Shown here: piece by piece, positions 13,118 through 26,287 of the stretch | Position numbering within the stretch: position 1 is the stretch's first letter | How the letters are laid out: every line of letters begins with the position of its first letter | Assembly (NCBI RefSeq): GCF_000143415.4 | Contig: NW_003314265.1 | Span: forward strand, 2,088,777-2,152,776 | Length of the DNA: 64,000 nucleotides | From: Selaginella moellendorffii | Taxonomy: Eukaryota; Plantae; Lycopodiophyta | Direction: 5' to 3' | Translations under genes and position numbers: made by a program | Notes under the pieces: generated by a model | What the model was told of the DNA's origin: nothing | The model's database searches: none | What the model saw: the letters and a program-made list of their open reading frames with translations, nothing else

Positions 13118-14552
13118 ATGGTTGTGAGCGTAGAGTCCGTGTCCACGATCGTTCCAGCGGTCCCAACGCCGCAGCCCTGCACCCTCTGGCTTTGCAACTT
13201 CCAAATCCAGGTCCTGGCCGAGAACTATCTCAAGCAAGTCTACTACTACCCAGCTGCATTGGATCACGTAAGCTCTTTCGATTCGCTGGTGGCGAGCTTG
13301 AAGGATTCGCTCTCCCGGATCCTCGTCCCGTACTATCCGCTCGCGGGGAGGCCCAGGATCGCCGGCCTCGACCGCCCCATCCTCGAGTGCAACGACCGCG
13401 GCATCGAGTTCGTGGTGGCCTTCGCCGATGCGAGCTTCGGCGACTGGGGCGATTCCATGAAGCAGTGCTCCATCGAGCAGGAGCTCAACCCGGCCCAGAC
13501 CGCGATCACCGATCCGGAGAACTTCCCTCAGCTCAAAGTTCAGGTAAGACCTGTTCGCGTACTTGACCGGCTTTGATCGGCTTTGACTACTCTCCCAGGT
13601 GACCAAGTTCCGGTGTGGCGGGATAGCTCTGGGCCTCGTCACCACCCACACCCTCCTGGACGGCTCCTCGGTCTTCCCCTTCCTCAAGGCCTGGTCGCAG
13701 CTCCACCGGGGATTCCCACCGCCAAATCCACCGCCCAGCTTCGACTCCAGCCTCCTCAAGGCGCGGGATCCGCCCTGCGTCACCGTGCCGGTCCGGGACT
13801 TCGTTGCCGTGACCCCCGCCATCGCCGAGGAGATGGGCAAGGCCGCCCAGGACTTCAAGCCCAGTTACCACGTCCGGGCATTCCACATGAACGAGCAGCA
13901 GCTCGCGGAGCTCAAGCACGAGATCGCGTCTGGCCCGTTCGCCTACGGCAGCAGCCCGACCTCCTTCGAGGCCGTCTCGGGTCTCGTCTGGAAGTGCATC
14001 ACCGAGGCCCGTGACTTCGACGACTCGGTGACCAACACTTACATCTACGCGGTGTCCACCAAGGTGGGCAGAAACCGGTGGCAGCCACCGATGCCGAGCG
14101 AGTACTGCGGCACCTCCTCCTTCACGCTCTGCCTGCCGTGCGCCGTGGGCGCTCTCAAGAACAAGCACGTCTCCCACGCCGCGCGGCTCTTCCACGAGGA
14201 TGTCCGCAACGTAGGCCAGGAGAGGATCCAGTCCACCATCGACTGGATGGAGGAGACGCTGCGCAAGGGCCATGATATCGGGCTCAACGTCCCGCCACCC
14301 AGCACCGGGATGGGGATCTACAGCGTCAACTTGCACTCGTTCCCAGTGTACGAGTTTGAGTTTGGGTGGGGGCGACCGGCCCACTTCTCGATGGTGCTGG
14401 AGCCGTGGTATGGCAACGGGGTGGTGGTGTTACTTCCCACGCCCCAGGGCGGGATGCGAGAGCGCCGGATTGTGGTGATGCTGCTCGAGGAGCAGATGAA
14501 GAGGCTGCTGCAAAGCGAGCTCTTTGCGAGGTTTACAACCCTGGACTGCTAG
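13118..14552 (+). CDS. BAHD acyltransferase copy 1 (exons 13118-13543 and 13599-14552; 459 aa)
   Basis: YYPLAGR, the conserved BAHD intron after LKVQ|VTKFRCGG, HxxxD (HTLLD) and the DFGWG variant EFGWG. Confidence 0.93.
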
Positions 14553-15349
14553 CTCCTCTCCGCACGGGAGCTTCAAATAAGATTCAGGACCTTTTCTTCC
14601 TCGAAGACTAAGGTGGCGAATGGTCCTCTTGACTCCATGGTCTAAAGATGTATGGGGCCTGTTGTTTCTGTGGTTTTCATCACGAATTCGACAGAAATCA
14701 ATGCACGAAGGCTACTTTAGTTTTTGGAGGTGCCACTCTTCATGAGTGGCATCGTCAGCTGTACGACGTGGAGAGTAAATTAGTTTGTTAATCGCTGGCA
14801 GATTGATTTCTAGTGGCCTTTGGATCTAGTGCTCCAATCTCCTCCTACAACATGATCCTCGCTGCCTAATCCAATGCCATAAAAGAAAGGCTAGAGGGGA
14901 TCAAGAATTTGTGTTAAAACTCTCACACCAGGTTCGCTCTTTCTTTTCAACGCAAAAGGGAGCCAGTGACACTGCAAAAAAACGGGCCAACTCTCAACGC
15001 GAACTCACTGATGTGGACGACGCTGTGCGAATATGAACAATCAACAATACTTAGGTTTACGTCGATTTGTTCTAATTTCTTGTCATGACGAAGCCAAGTG
15101 ACATGCTGGTGTTGCTCAACGTGCCATACTAGGTTACGTTTTGGAGAGATTGTCAGCGCTTTGATCAAAGGAACCTGCCCAGCCTTCTGGTAGCACACCA
15201 CATGGTGTGCTATCTTCGCAGAATTACCTCATTGTAGTCAGAAAATCCTGGCTAATGGTCTTTATTCATGCCCTTGACCATTAACAGTTTTCAGGATGGA
15301 AACAAAGTATGCAAGTAACCTGAATTAATAAATCCAAACCAGATTAAGC

Positions 15350-16020
15350 ATGTCATACAAAACTGAATACAAGTCTCTACTTGCTCCGCTGGAAGTGTAC
15401 CTGAGCTATGAAGAACCGGAGGCTAGCCGTGTTGCAGCCAGGGAGCAGTGCGGAAGGTGGTGCCCGGATCCTGGCGAACTGGCGTCAGGTGTTTGGACGA
15501 AGCTGATGTGTCTTAACAGCGAGCCTCTCCCTTTCACAGAGACGAGGTAGGGGACTACGAAAAGAGTCTCGCGTTTGCGTCTCGGCTCCAAGGTGGCGAC
15601 GTCCCCGAGTTGATCCAGGAAAAGGTTGTGAGTTTTGTGGAGAGATACAACCAGCAGTACACCAAAGAGACTGCTGCAACTTCAAAGCCAAAGGACGCAA
15701 TGCTCAGGCACGAGCTCAAGTACCTGAGAAGCAGAAATGAGCTCGAGCTTTTGAGTCTACTCCCGAACGCCAGGGACGAAGAAGAGCCCTCAGACAGAGC
15801 CAGAGGCACGACTGGAGACGAGCTAGTGGCAAAGCTGGACAAAAAGCTGGATGAAAACACTCAGGCAGCAGCGATTGGACTGGAAGAAATTCCTCGGCCA
15901 TGGACAGAGGACACGAAGCTGCTCGTGCTCACGCCAGAAGGGATCGGCTTGGAAGTTTTGGAAGTGACGAGCTTGGGTCTTCAAGCTCGGACAGCTACAA
16001 GAGGTTTAACGAGCTCTTGA
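15350..16020 (+). pseudogene. Interrupted ORF of unknown family (inverted copy at about 48160-48830)
   Basis: Protein-like ORFs 15350-15550 and 15610-16020 are broken by stops and frameshifts. No motif was recognised. Confidence 0.4.
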
Positions 16021-16029
16021 GTAGCTGTC

Positions 16030-17400
16030 ACAGCCTCCAGAAGCGGGAATCTTTTTTGACATAACTACTGGACAAATGTTTGCAACTTTGTATATGTATT
16101 CATCTCTTTTCAAGGAAACCACTTGTGTAGATCGTCTCGTTTTGCCACTGCCAAAGCGTAACTTCCATCTACCCATCGTTAGCTGGCCCTGGAACGTTAC
16201 CGTTGCAATCTCATGGCGTTCCAAAAACAAAAGGATGTTAGGGAAACCATAAAGAAAACTAAAGCCTCTCTCCTGGCATTGTCCAGTTCTTTGAACAAAC
16301 ATTTTGGTTAGAACAAACAGCTCACGGACCTCTTAAACTTCGACTTCCATTTCGTTGAACAGCAAACATCCTAGTTATCCAAACCAATATATGAGTTGAT
16401 TCAGGCGTTTTTTCTTGTAAATTCATGTTTTTGCCTTTGGAGTTTTCATGGTCGTTGTTTTCATTGAGGTTGGACCATTGTCAATGTACGTCTTCAAGTT
16501 CTGGCCCAACGTTGTTTCTCGCAGGTCTTGCGTTGAGCGCAGCAACAATAAAATCTCTCCAATTTCGTAGCATTTTTCTTCTTGGACATAGCATTTTTTA
16601 GTTATTACCATCACGTCACTTGTCCTTTTCATGACAAGAAATTAGAACAAATTTAAACACACGCAAACCTGACAAGATGAAGCTAAGTATCATCAACTGT
16701 CAATGATCGTTAGTTTTGTTTGTATTCACAAATTTCTGTTCGCGTTGAGAGTTCCTTGGACTGTTGGTTTGCACTTAGCTTGTTTGAGTTGTTTGATTGA
16801 GCATATCATCTTAGCTTGACTGTGTGGCTCCCTTCTGCGTTGAGCATAGCATCTTCTTGACCCCGTTGGCACTCTCAATTGAAATGAAAGAGCAAACCTG
16901 GATTCTTCAAACGTTTTTTCTCAGCTCGCAGGTCTTGCGTTGAGCGTAGCAACAACATAACTCGAAAATCTCAAAATAACACAGAATCTCTCCAATCTAG
17001 TAGCATTTTTCTTCCTGGCACACGCTGGGACATGGCGTTTTTCAGTTCTTATCGTCGTTGAACAGCACCAACATGTTGGCTTCTTCATGACAAGAAATTA
17101 GAACAAATCGAAACACACGCGAACCTGGCAACATGAAACTAAGTGTCGTTGATCTAGTTTTGTTTGTATTCACAGAGCGTTGTCCATCCGTTGTTTCACT
17201 TTGCTTGTTTGAGTTGTTTGTTGTGTCACTGGCTCCCTTTTGCGTTGCAATCGAAAGAGCGTCTTCAAACGTTGAGAGTTTCAACACGATTTCTTGATCG
17301 CCTCTAACAGACCTCTTAGCTCGGCAAGAAGCTTCGCTTTCCAAATCTCTGTTTATTGCTAACGCAAAGAAAAGCCCTATCTAAACGAAGCTGGAGCTCC
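16030..17400 (-). repeat. Degenerate tandem repeat family array
   Basis: Recurrent modules, e.g. CTCAACGACGATAAGAACTGAAAAA, GCTACTAGATTGGAGAGATTTTG, CAAAAGGGAGCCAGTGACAC, CTTCAATCCAGCTGAAGACGTACAT (minus strand). Confidence 0.75.
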
Positions 17401-17677
17401 GATCAATGGGCAGAGTGGAAGGGTCGCGACCCCAACCCGTCCGCGGCATAAGTTTGAGCTAAAGTATTTTATATGCCAATTGGGGCAATGGTTCATAGGA
17501 CAAAAAGAGGAAGTTCTCAATTAGTCCAAAACGAAACTTAATTACTCGTCGCTAGTAGCGGGAGGGGACGAGGAATCCTGCTGATCGGACAGCCTGCTGG
17601 ATGGCTCTTCCGTGCTGCTGTTGCGTGCCTGCACAGCTTCTGGATCTCAGCCGGCGCTACATCGCACCGTCGTGGAC

Positions 17678-19060
17678 ATGGAGATGATCAAAGGAATCGA
17701 AGGGCATGGTTACTACCACTAGCTCGTAGTCCCGATCATTGAAAACTCTGCGTATGAATACGAGCTCACGGATTCTTTAGCAGCAGCCGTGAGTAAAAGC
17801 TCGTTCGTTTCTCACTGTTGTCTTTCTTATTCGTGTTTTGCTGGAAGAGTGCCGCTTATCCACGAATGACGGCAGTGTTAGTGAAAAACCATGGGATTTA
17901 CGTTTGGGGTGACTCGTGGTTCTGTGCTAAAACTCAGGTGATAGTATTGTTGCCAGCTTAACTCTTAATCTTTTGCGAAGCAGGCAGAATGCTACCATTA
18001 TCTTTTTGATGCCGCACTTAAGCTTCGCCAGTTTCGCCTCGACCATACAGACCGCTTGTATGGACCAGTGAAGAAACTCAGCCTTGCAGCTCCAAGGAAA
18101 AACTATCCCGCAAGAAATGCTGTCTATTTATGCGGCTTTTATCAAATGTTTTTCTCGTGTGCACCACCACTCCCGTTTTGTTTCCCTATGCACATGATAA
18201 TGTGGGAAAACACCGGTCAGCTACTTACGACTCGAAGGAGACTCAAGATGATCTAGACCTTCTCAGGCAACAGCCAAGATTTCATTGGTTTTGGTGGCAG
18301 CAGAAATCAAGCTCTCGTGTTATGTCAAGCAGGCTCTTAAAGACACGAAGGAGCGAAACGTGCAAACGCAGCTCATTCCCCCAAGTGATGCTCCTAAGGA
18401 CGAAGTCAGAGCGTAACGTTCTCGCATGATTGCTGCCGATCGCAAAGTTACAGCCCTCAAACAATTCCAGGTCTGGTCTTGTTTTGAATCAACGTTTCTT
18501 CATCCTTTGCATCACAGGCATATATTTGGAGAACAGGATACAAAAACGGTGAACTCAAAGGCCAAGTCTTTCTTGACGTTACTCTCCTTGTGCTGAGTCG
18601 AAGGTCTGATAGAAGTTGCCAAAGCATCGTCGCCTTGTTCCTTTCAGGCCTATATTTACTCGAGTGGGAGCCGAGAAGCGCAGCGGTTGATCTTTGGGAA
18701 ACACAAACTTTGGGATACGTCGATACCGCAGGGTGAGACTTTCCGCTCTTGGTTCATTATATTTGCTCTTCGCATCTCATTCCTTTTCAGAAACAAACAA
18801 GAGGCACGAAGTTACGCTGAAATTTCCTTTCGGTGGGGTCGACGAGCCTTCTCAGATTACTTTGCCACGGGCTGTTGCTGGTAAAGAAGCTGGTAATGTC
18901 TGGGAAAAAAAAGTGAGAGATGTGTTGCTAATGTATCATTGCTTTTGTTGCCAGGCCTGGACACTGTGATACTTGAGAGACCAGGGAACGCACTACTGCC
19001 TAGCGGACGGCAAGCACCCTTTGGGACACTTATGATACTCAAAGTTTGCAAGCTCTTACT
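17678..19060 (+). pseudogene. DEP1: DEP1 (methylthioribulose-1-phosphate dehydratase/enolase-phosphatase E1) relic, copy 1, lacking the N-terminus
   Basis: [117 protein letters not shown]. It has stops and indels, and introns are retained. Confidence 0.85.
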
Positions 19061-19409
19061 CAAACAAAGAATCGCGCCTTGGGGGTCACGTGGCTTTGGG
19101 CTTAGCTTTCACATTATAAGAAAGCAACTTGTTAAACCTTAACACCAAGAAGCAAAATATTTTTAACCTTGTATTGTGCCTCTCTTTGTTTATCTCCAGT
19201 TCGTCCAGTGTTCTTGGCTCTTGGGCGAATTTTCCGCTTCCCATGCATCTCGGGAGTAAGGATTGATTAGATGATTCATCCGTGAACTTCGTGAATAAAG
19301 CTCATAAACCGGCTCCCGTCCCGGTGGGTATGATACACGTTACTGCTAAATAAATGGAATTGTAAGTCAGTGACGGTGGCAATGGCCACTCCCACGGAAA
19401 CAACAGCTA

Positions 19410-21280
19410 AGCTAGTGCCTGAAGAGACATAACTACTTGACAAATGTTTGCAACTTTGTAAATGTATTCATTTCTTTTCAAGGAAACCACAGAGTGCTTT
19501 GTGTAGATCGTCTCGTTTTCCCACTGCCAGAGCGTAAACTTCCATTTACCCATCGTTAGCTGGCCCTGGAACGTTGTTCTGTGGCACCGTCGCAATCTCA
19601 TGGTGTTGCAAAAACAAAAGGAAGTTAGAGAAACCATAAAGGAAACTAAAGAGAACATAGACCTGGAAGGTTGAAGCCTGGCGTTGTCGAGTTCTTTGAG
19701 TAAACATTTTGGTTAGAACAAACAGCTCACGGACCTCTTAAACTTCGACTTCCATTTCGTTGAACAGCAAACATCCTAGTTAGACAAACCAATATATGAG
19801 TTGATTCAGGCGTCTTTTCTTGTAAATTCACGCTATGCAAATTCCTTTGCCTTTGGAGTTTTCATGATCGTTGTTTTCATTGAGGTTGGACCATTGTCAA
19901 TGTACGTCTTCAGCTGGATTGAAGTTCTGAAGATCGCGTTGTTTCTCAGCTCGCAGGTCTTGCGTTGAGCACAGCAACAACATAACTCAAAACCTCTCCA
20001 AAACGTTGACAAAATCTCTCCAATCTCGTAGCATTTTTCTTTTTTGAACACAGCATTTTTCAGTTCTTATCGTGGTTGAGCAGCACCAACACGTTCACTT
20101 GTCTTTTACATGTCTTTTACATTTTAAATTGAAACACATGCAAACCTGAGGCTAAGTATCGTCATCTCCCTTCGCATTGAGAGTTCCTTGGGCCGTTGTT
20201 TTGCACTTTGCTTGTTTGAGTTGTTTGATGAGCATATCATCTTAGCTTGACTGTGTCACTGGCTCCCTTACGTGTTGAGCATAGCACCCTGTCGACACTC
20301 TCAATCGAAAAGAAAGAGCGAACCTGATGTCTTCAAACGCTGAGAGTTTCAACACGAATTCTAGCCTTTCATTTATCGTTGATCATTCGATCCTAGCTCG
20401 TTGCAAGCAGCTTCGCTTTTTTTTCTTCAGCAAATCTTTCTTGTTTCGTTGGCTTACTCGCTTATTGCTTAGAAAAGCTCTAAACGAACTTACCTTGCGA
20501 GGTGGAGAGGTGCGAGAGTTGACCAGTCCGGCCAAGGATCAGGGATGGATCATGATCGTTGTTGTCATTGTCATGTACGTCTTCAGCTGGATTGAAGTTT
20601 TGAAGATCGCGTTGTTTCTCGGCTTGCAGGAATTGCGTTGAGCACAGCAACAACAAATCTCTCCAAAACGTTGACACAAAATCTCTCCAATCTAGTAGCA
20701 TTTTTCTGCTGTGACATGGCGTTTTTCAGTTCTTATCGTCGTTGAGTAGCACCAACATGTCACTTGGCTTCTTCATGACAAGAAATTAGAACAAATCGAA
20801 ACACACGCGAACCTGGCAACATGAAACTCAGTGTTCCTGATCGTTAGTTTTGTTCGTATTCACACAGCGTTGTCCACATCGGTGAGTTTCCCTTCGCGTT
20901 GAGAGTTCCTTGGCTCGTTGTCTTGCACTTTTCTTGTTTGAGTTAATTTTTGTGTCACTGGCTCCCTTTTGCGTTGCAATCGAAAAGAAAGAGCGCGTTG
21001 AGAGTTTCAACACGATTTCTTGATCGCCTCTAGCATACCTCTTAGCTCGTTGCAAGCAGCTTCGCTTTCCAAATCTCTGTCTTGCACTCTGCTTGTTTGA
21101 GTTGTTTGTTGTGTCACTGGCTCCCTTTTGCATTGCAATCTTCAAACGCTGAGAGTTTCAACACGATTTCTTGGTCGCCTCTAGCATACCTCTTAGCTCG
21201 TTGCAAGCAGCTTCGCTTTCCAAATCTCTGTCTTACTCGCTCCTACCTAAACAAACTTACCTTGCGAGGGTGGAGAGAGG
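19410..21280 (-). repeat. Degenerate tandem repeat family array
   Basis: The same modules as at 16030-17400, in several copies. Confidence 0.75.
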
Positions 21281-21661
21281 NNNNNNNNNNNNNNNNNNNN
21301 NNNNNNNNNNNNNNNNNNNNNNNNNNNNNNNNNNNNNNNNNNNNNNNNNNNNNNNNNNNNNNNNNNNNNNNNNNNNNNNNNNNNNNNNNNNNNNNNNNNN
21401 NNNNNNNNNNNNNNNNNNNNNNNNNNNNNNNNNNNNNNNNNNNNNNNNNNNNNNNNNNNNNNNNNNNNNNNNNNNNNNNNNNNNNNNNNNNNNNNNNNNN
21501 NNNNNNNNNNNNNNNNNNNNNNNNNNNNNNNNNNNNNNNNNNNNNNNNNNNNNNNNNNNNNNNNNNNNNNNNNNNNNNNNNNNNNNNNNNNNNNNNNNNN
21601 NNNNNNNNNNNNNNNNNNNNNNNNNNNNNNNNNNNNNNNNNNNNNNNNNNNNNNNNNNNNN
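21281..21661. other. Assembly gap (N run)
   Basis: 381 Ns. Confidence 1.
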
Positions 21662-22607
21662 CAGATGCTGCGGCTCCTCCAGGAGTTGCGTGTATCCCCG
21701 AAACTTGGACAAGTCCAAAGCTCGTCCCACTGCATTGTGTTTGTGAACCTTTGAAAAGTAGAAGAGATTCAGAGTCTGGAGGTTCCAAAACATTTTTGTT
21801 TAGATAAAGTGTAGAGATGTTAAAATATAGTATAAAGTTAAGTTTGCCATGAACTTTAATTTTTATATATTGGTAATGATTGTATTAGAGTACAATTGCT
21901 TAACTCACAAACTTAACTTTTCAACTCTGTGAACTCAAGAGTGGTTTATGTTCATATGCATGAAAGTAAACTTTGATAAGAAAATTCAGGTTATGCAAAA
22001 GCTTTGAGCACATGCTTGTGCTCTTGTATGCTAAAGATCTTCAAACAAGTCTTTAGCTCTTGGTTTTGTGAACAATTCTTTTTTCTTGACATGATGCTTA
22101 TCTAAGCATTAGCTACCCCACAAAGGGACTTAGAATTCGCTTCACAGATCTTTGATATATAAACCTTGCAGTTCATGTTCTCTAAAAACATGTAGCAATA
22201 TTGTTTTAGAATCACTTAATTTAATATAAATTTAAGGTATATGCTGGTTAATGGTTTTTGCTTATACTTTACATTTTTCAGGATGGAAATATGCAAGAGG
22301 ACGCTGAATGAATTACCAGATACAACTTGTTGGTGAGTTGGATTTACTAGGATGTTATATTACTAGTCCTACCTTCAGCTACACACAGCAAGCCCACTGA
22401 TATAGTTTTTATATATATAATATCAACATTACATGTAGAAATACAATGTTCTTTTCTTACTCTAGAACACTGATACATTCTTCCATATGAAGAGAACATA
22501 TTGGATAGGATAGTCCTAGTGTCTAAGACCCTGCAAAAGTAGCTGATGTCCTGGTGTAAACTTGGTCCTTACTGTGCTTCTCTCGCGGACCGTCCGATGG
22601 CGGGGAG

Positions 22608-22930
22608 AGGCACTGTGCTCCATAGAAGGATCGAGTTCACAAAGTCCACGTCTCGGACAAGACGGAGAAGCGTGCTTGAAGCGGCCGTTTAAGTACTACA
22701 GCTTGGGTGTGAGTAAGTCTCGCTCGATTCACGTAATCTTTGGTGTTAAATCTCGTATTGATCCATCACATGGCGCTGTGCTTGCCCGAGTTTGCAAACA
22801 CTCGAAGAAGAAAGTGGACTGTTTGGAAAAGAGGCTTACGGCCTTGATGTTTAGCCAGGGCTCTCGGACAAGGCACACGTGATCAAACACCGGGGTCGCA
22901 GCGCCCGTGCCACTGCCTCCTCGAACACAA
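22608..22930. pseudogene. Spermidine synthase fragments, second copy, with the exon 8-9 piece flipped relative to the 10.2-10.6 kb copy
   Basis: 22608-22836 is the reverse complement of about 10213-10441, while 22837-22930 is a direct copy of about 10538-10630. Confidence 0.75.
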
Positions 22931-23569
22931 CTTTTGCTTGTGAGTGTGTCTTCAAATGGATTAAATTTTGAGAGCTTGGAAACCGTCTGACAAAGGAATT
23001 TCTACTTCGACCAGACTCTTTCGAATATCCTCGTTTTCTTGAATAATCACGCCAAACCAAACAATTGGGCATGAAAAGTTAAAAAAAACTCCAGAGGTCT
23101 GGTCTTTTCCAGGGGCCCCACTGAGATCTCTTGGAGTGTCAAACCTGGGATTCCTGGTTTAGTTGTCATGTTTGGTGCGTCATTCACGAGGAGTGAAGCT
23201 GAGCGAAGAAGGCCAAACTTCAGCCACAGAGCAGTAGCTTATGCATGTGTAGCCAGAGATGATGACAAGAACAAGTAGAAAAGGCTGTAGAAGTTGTCTT
23301 ACGAAGGAAAACAGAAAAACAGCCAGAGGAGGAAGAGTGGGGACCTTGTCAAAGTTCACCAATACCTCAGCAGTAGCAACAACCACCTGATCAATCAAAT
23401 CCAGTTGTCAACATGGTGGCACCAGCAGTGACTAGCAGGATGAAGTATCCCATGTACACAACGTTTGGATGAGCATGTGACCACTTTTAGGAAAGTGAGC
23501 ACAGCCAACAAGAAAGAGCAGCTTTTATGCCTTGAAGAATGCATTTTTAACTGTTTTTCACCCTGAACC

Positions 23570-24420
23570 TTGTTTCCAGAAGAGACCATCCAGGGGTATG
23601 CGATGAGATTTCAGCAATTTCTTTTGAAGAATGATCTGCTACCTATCAAGTGAGTTACTTTTGGCAATGCATGAAAATTCTTCCTTAAATATCCAGAACG
23701 TCATGCCAATGTGACAGGCTGTGTCCAGATCAGGTCATACACATTACCAAAAGTACCTCAGTTAACTATCTACTGCAATATATGGATCCTTCTTTGAAAG
23801 TTGCTGTAGAAATCTCATTACATACCTATGGATAAATTTCTCCTGGCAACACATGCAAGCTCAGGTTGCAACTCCATCATTAGATATGATCAAGGGCATT
23901 TAAAATTCACCTCAACTAGTGTGTAAGATGAATCTATTTCAACTCCAGCAAGTGAGGGTACATTGTCAATTCTGTGGCCGAACTAATCATGCATTAGAAA
24001 ATTGTTTCTATCATTCTATGAGAGCTCAATTAGCAGCTGTCTACCAAGAGCTAACAACCTCACCAGGTGAGAATGCTACAGTACAGCACAAGCAACATTA
24101 CAGGAAACGATCCAGCAACCCTTACCATGGCACCCATAGACGGACACAAACTTCCATCTTTCTTTTCCACACAAAAGGATGCTCCTAGTGTGCGGGGTGC
24201 CACGGTCTCAATTTGTGCTTTCACTGACTTGATAAACTCCATGCATTTAGAAATAGTCACTGAATCCACTCACACATACTTAACAAAGGCATGTGTGATC
24301 ACAAAATCACCAGGTGATGTATCCTTTTGCAAATGCTTTACCTGGAACAGATCATTCACCTTTGTTACTTCTGTGTTTTAGAAATTTTGATTTGGGCTTT
24401 ACCTTTGCTTGTAACTTCAA
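23570..24420. mobile_element. Degenerate retroelement scraps (gag-like, zinc knuckle)
   Basis: ETIQGYAMRFQQFLL and HCQFCGRTNHALENC (CCHC) on the plus strand, and an RT-like VEKKDGSL on the minus strand. This block is absent from the paralogous copy at 11.2 kb. Confidence 0.4.
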
Positions 24421-25134
24421 ATCTTTAGTTGTCGTTTTTCTATCGTAAAGGAGCAATCCATGGATTCTACGCCCTAATCGCTGGCAGATTGATTTCTCGC
24501 GGTCTTTGGATCTAGTGCTCCAATCTCATCTCCTACAACATCATCCTCGCTGCCTAATCCAATGCCATAAAAGAAAGGCTAGAGGGGATCAAGGATTTGT
24601 GTTGAAACAACCAGGTTCGCTCTTTCTTTTCGATTGCAACGCAAAAGGGAGCCAGTGACACTGCAAAACAACGCTCTCAACGCGAACTCACTGATGTGGA
24701 CAACGCTGCGCAAATATGAACAATCAACAATACTTAGGTTTACGCTGCCATCTTTCGATTTTTTCTAATTTCTTGTCATGAAGAAGCCAAGCGACATGCT
24801 GGTGTTGCTCAACGACGATAAGAACTGAAAAACGCCATGTCACAGCGTGTGCCATACTAGGTTAGCAACGTTTTGGAGAGATTGATTGCTGTTCTCAGGG
24901 CAAGACCTGCGAGCTGAGAGATAACGCTGAGAAATAACGTTGGGCACCTGCGATCTTCAGAACTTGAAGACGTACATGACAATGGGCCAACCTCAATGAT
25001 CATGATCCGTCGCTGATCCTTGACCGGCCTCGCACCTCTCCACCTCGTAAGGTTTCTTTGTGTTAGAAAGCGAGCTGCTATGCTTTAGGGCATACGCGAC
25101 TAAGGAACCCGCTACAACGCAATCCTCCATGACT

Positions 25135-26080
25135 TGGGTTTGCAGCCAAATCCCGTTAAAAGGTTTTGCTTCTTCTGGATTCTTACAGGCATCCCATAAG
25201 ATTTCACTGTTGAGATGCCATTCTTACGAACGAGAGAAAAGAATGACGTGATTCACTCGAGAAATGCTTCTGTCACCGGTGGTGATCGTCCCAAGTGACA
25301 AATGTTCCCCAAAGCGTCTTACTGCTTGAAGGATGTTCCCTCCTTAGAAGAAGGTAACGAAGAAGAAGAATCCTCTTCAATCAACCAAGTCGAGGAAATG
25401 AATGTTACCAATACTCGTAAAGGCGCAGGAACGAGCAAAGACCAGGTTGCCTCGGCAGCGCAAGACGTGTTCTATGGTCGTGACAAAACAAATCCCGCTA
25501 GAAAACATGCAAGTGAAAACTTTCATGCAAAGCCTCTTGGAAACTTCTGATGGCGATTGAGTCAAGAGCTTCGCGAGGCTTCTGGCCGCAACAAAAAGAT
25601 AGCCAAGTCCCAGGACCTAGGCGAAAAACGAAAGGATCATCCATCACCACAGTCTATACGCTATGATCCACAAGACAAACCGTGGTTAAGAGTGCTTGGT
25701 TCACATGATCAGTGAGACCAAATGGAGCATTGTGTACGAGAGAATGAATGGAAAGATGATAATACGAAGCCGTGACGCCTTTGAAAGCTCCGGCCGCACA
25801 CAGTGCTCCTAGAACCGAGCCTGTGATACTCTGTCACACAGAGGAAATACAATCACACGATCAAAAGAACAAAAGGAAAACAAATCTAAGAAAACCTGCT
25901 GTCCTCTGCGGCCTCCAGAATCTAGCCGGCTTGACGTGAGTTTGGAGCGCTGGAGGAGGCGTAGGGAATCGAGGGCGTCACAATCTCCATCTCCTGTCGC
26001 TTCCTGGAGCTGGGATCCTCCTCGCGGAGAGTGCTGCTGCTCCTGACGGTCGGCGCACGAGGCGACCCAACAAGGATCGC
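25135..26080 (-). pseudogene. Degraded copy 2 of the DUF3082-like + cytochrome c6A pair
   Basis: Reverse complement of 8330-9580 with deletions. Confidence 0.85.
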
Positions 26081-26287
26081 AACACACAGCCCTATAAAAT
26101 GAATGATATTTTTCTGTCAATCTAGGACAATGTGCGATAAGCACGTTCTTCTCGTGGGATCTTCGGGAAGAAACGTCTCGTGTGGGATGATCTAAGTTTG
26201 TCAGTGTATTTCGAAAGTCTTTTTGGTGTTCTTTCTCCCTCTCGAGTGTTTTTGTGGTTTTTGTGGATTTCATCGTTGGTTGCAAAG

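Larger units (their letters stand above)
11166..22570 (+). repeat. Left arm of a large imperfect inverted segmental duplication
   Basis: Colinear reverse-complement similarity to about 41514-52555: papain-like ORF 3' end, c6A/DUF3082 relic, BAHD, unknown ORF, repeats, DEP1 relic, repeats, AT-rich block. Confidence 0.85.

Noticed and set aside
13100-14384. Long antisense or alternative-frame ORFs over the BAHD (similar ones over RPL12, PIRL and BAHD copy 3)
   Set aside because: Shadows of GC-rich coding sequence.
16030-21280. CRISPR-like or repeat-protein reading of the tandem repeats
   Set aside because: Eukaryotic context, no constant repeat/unique spacer pattern, and no consistently open frame.
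21082-21807. Long ORFs in the track
   Set aside because: Artefacts of reading through the N gap.
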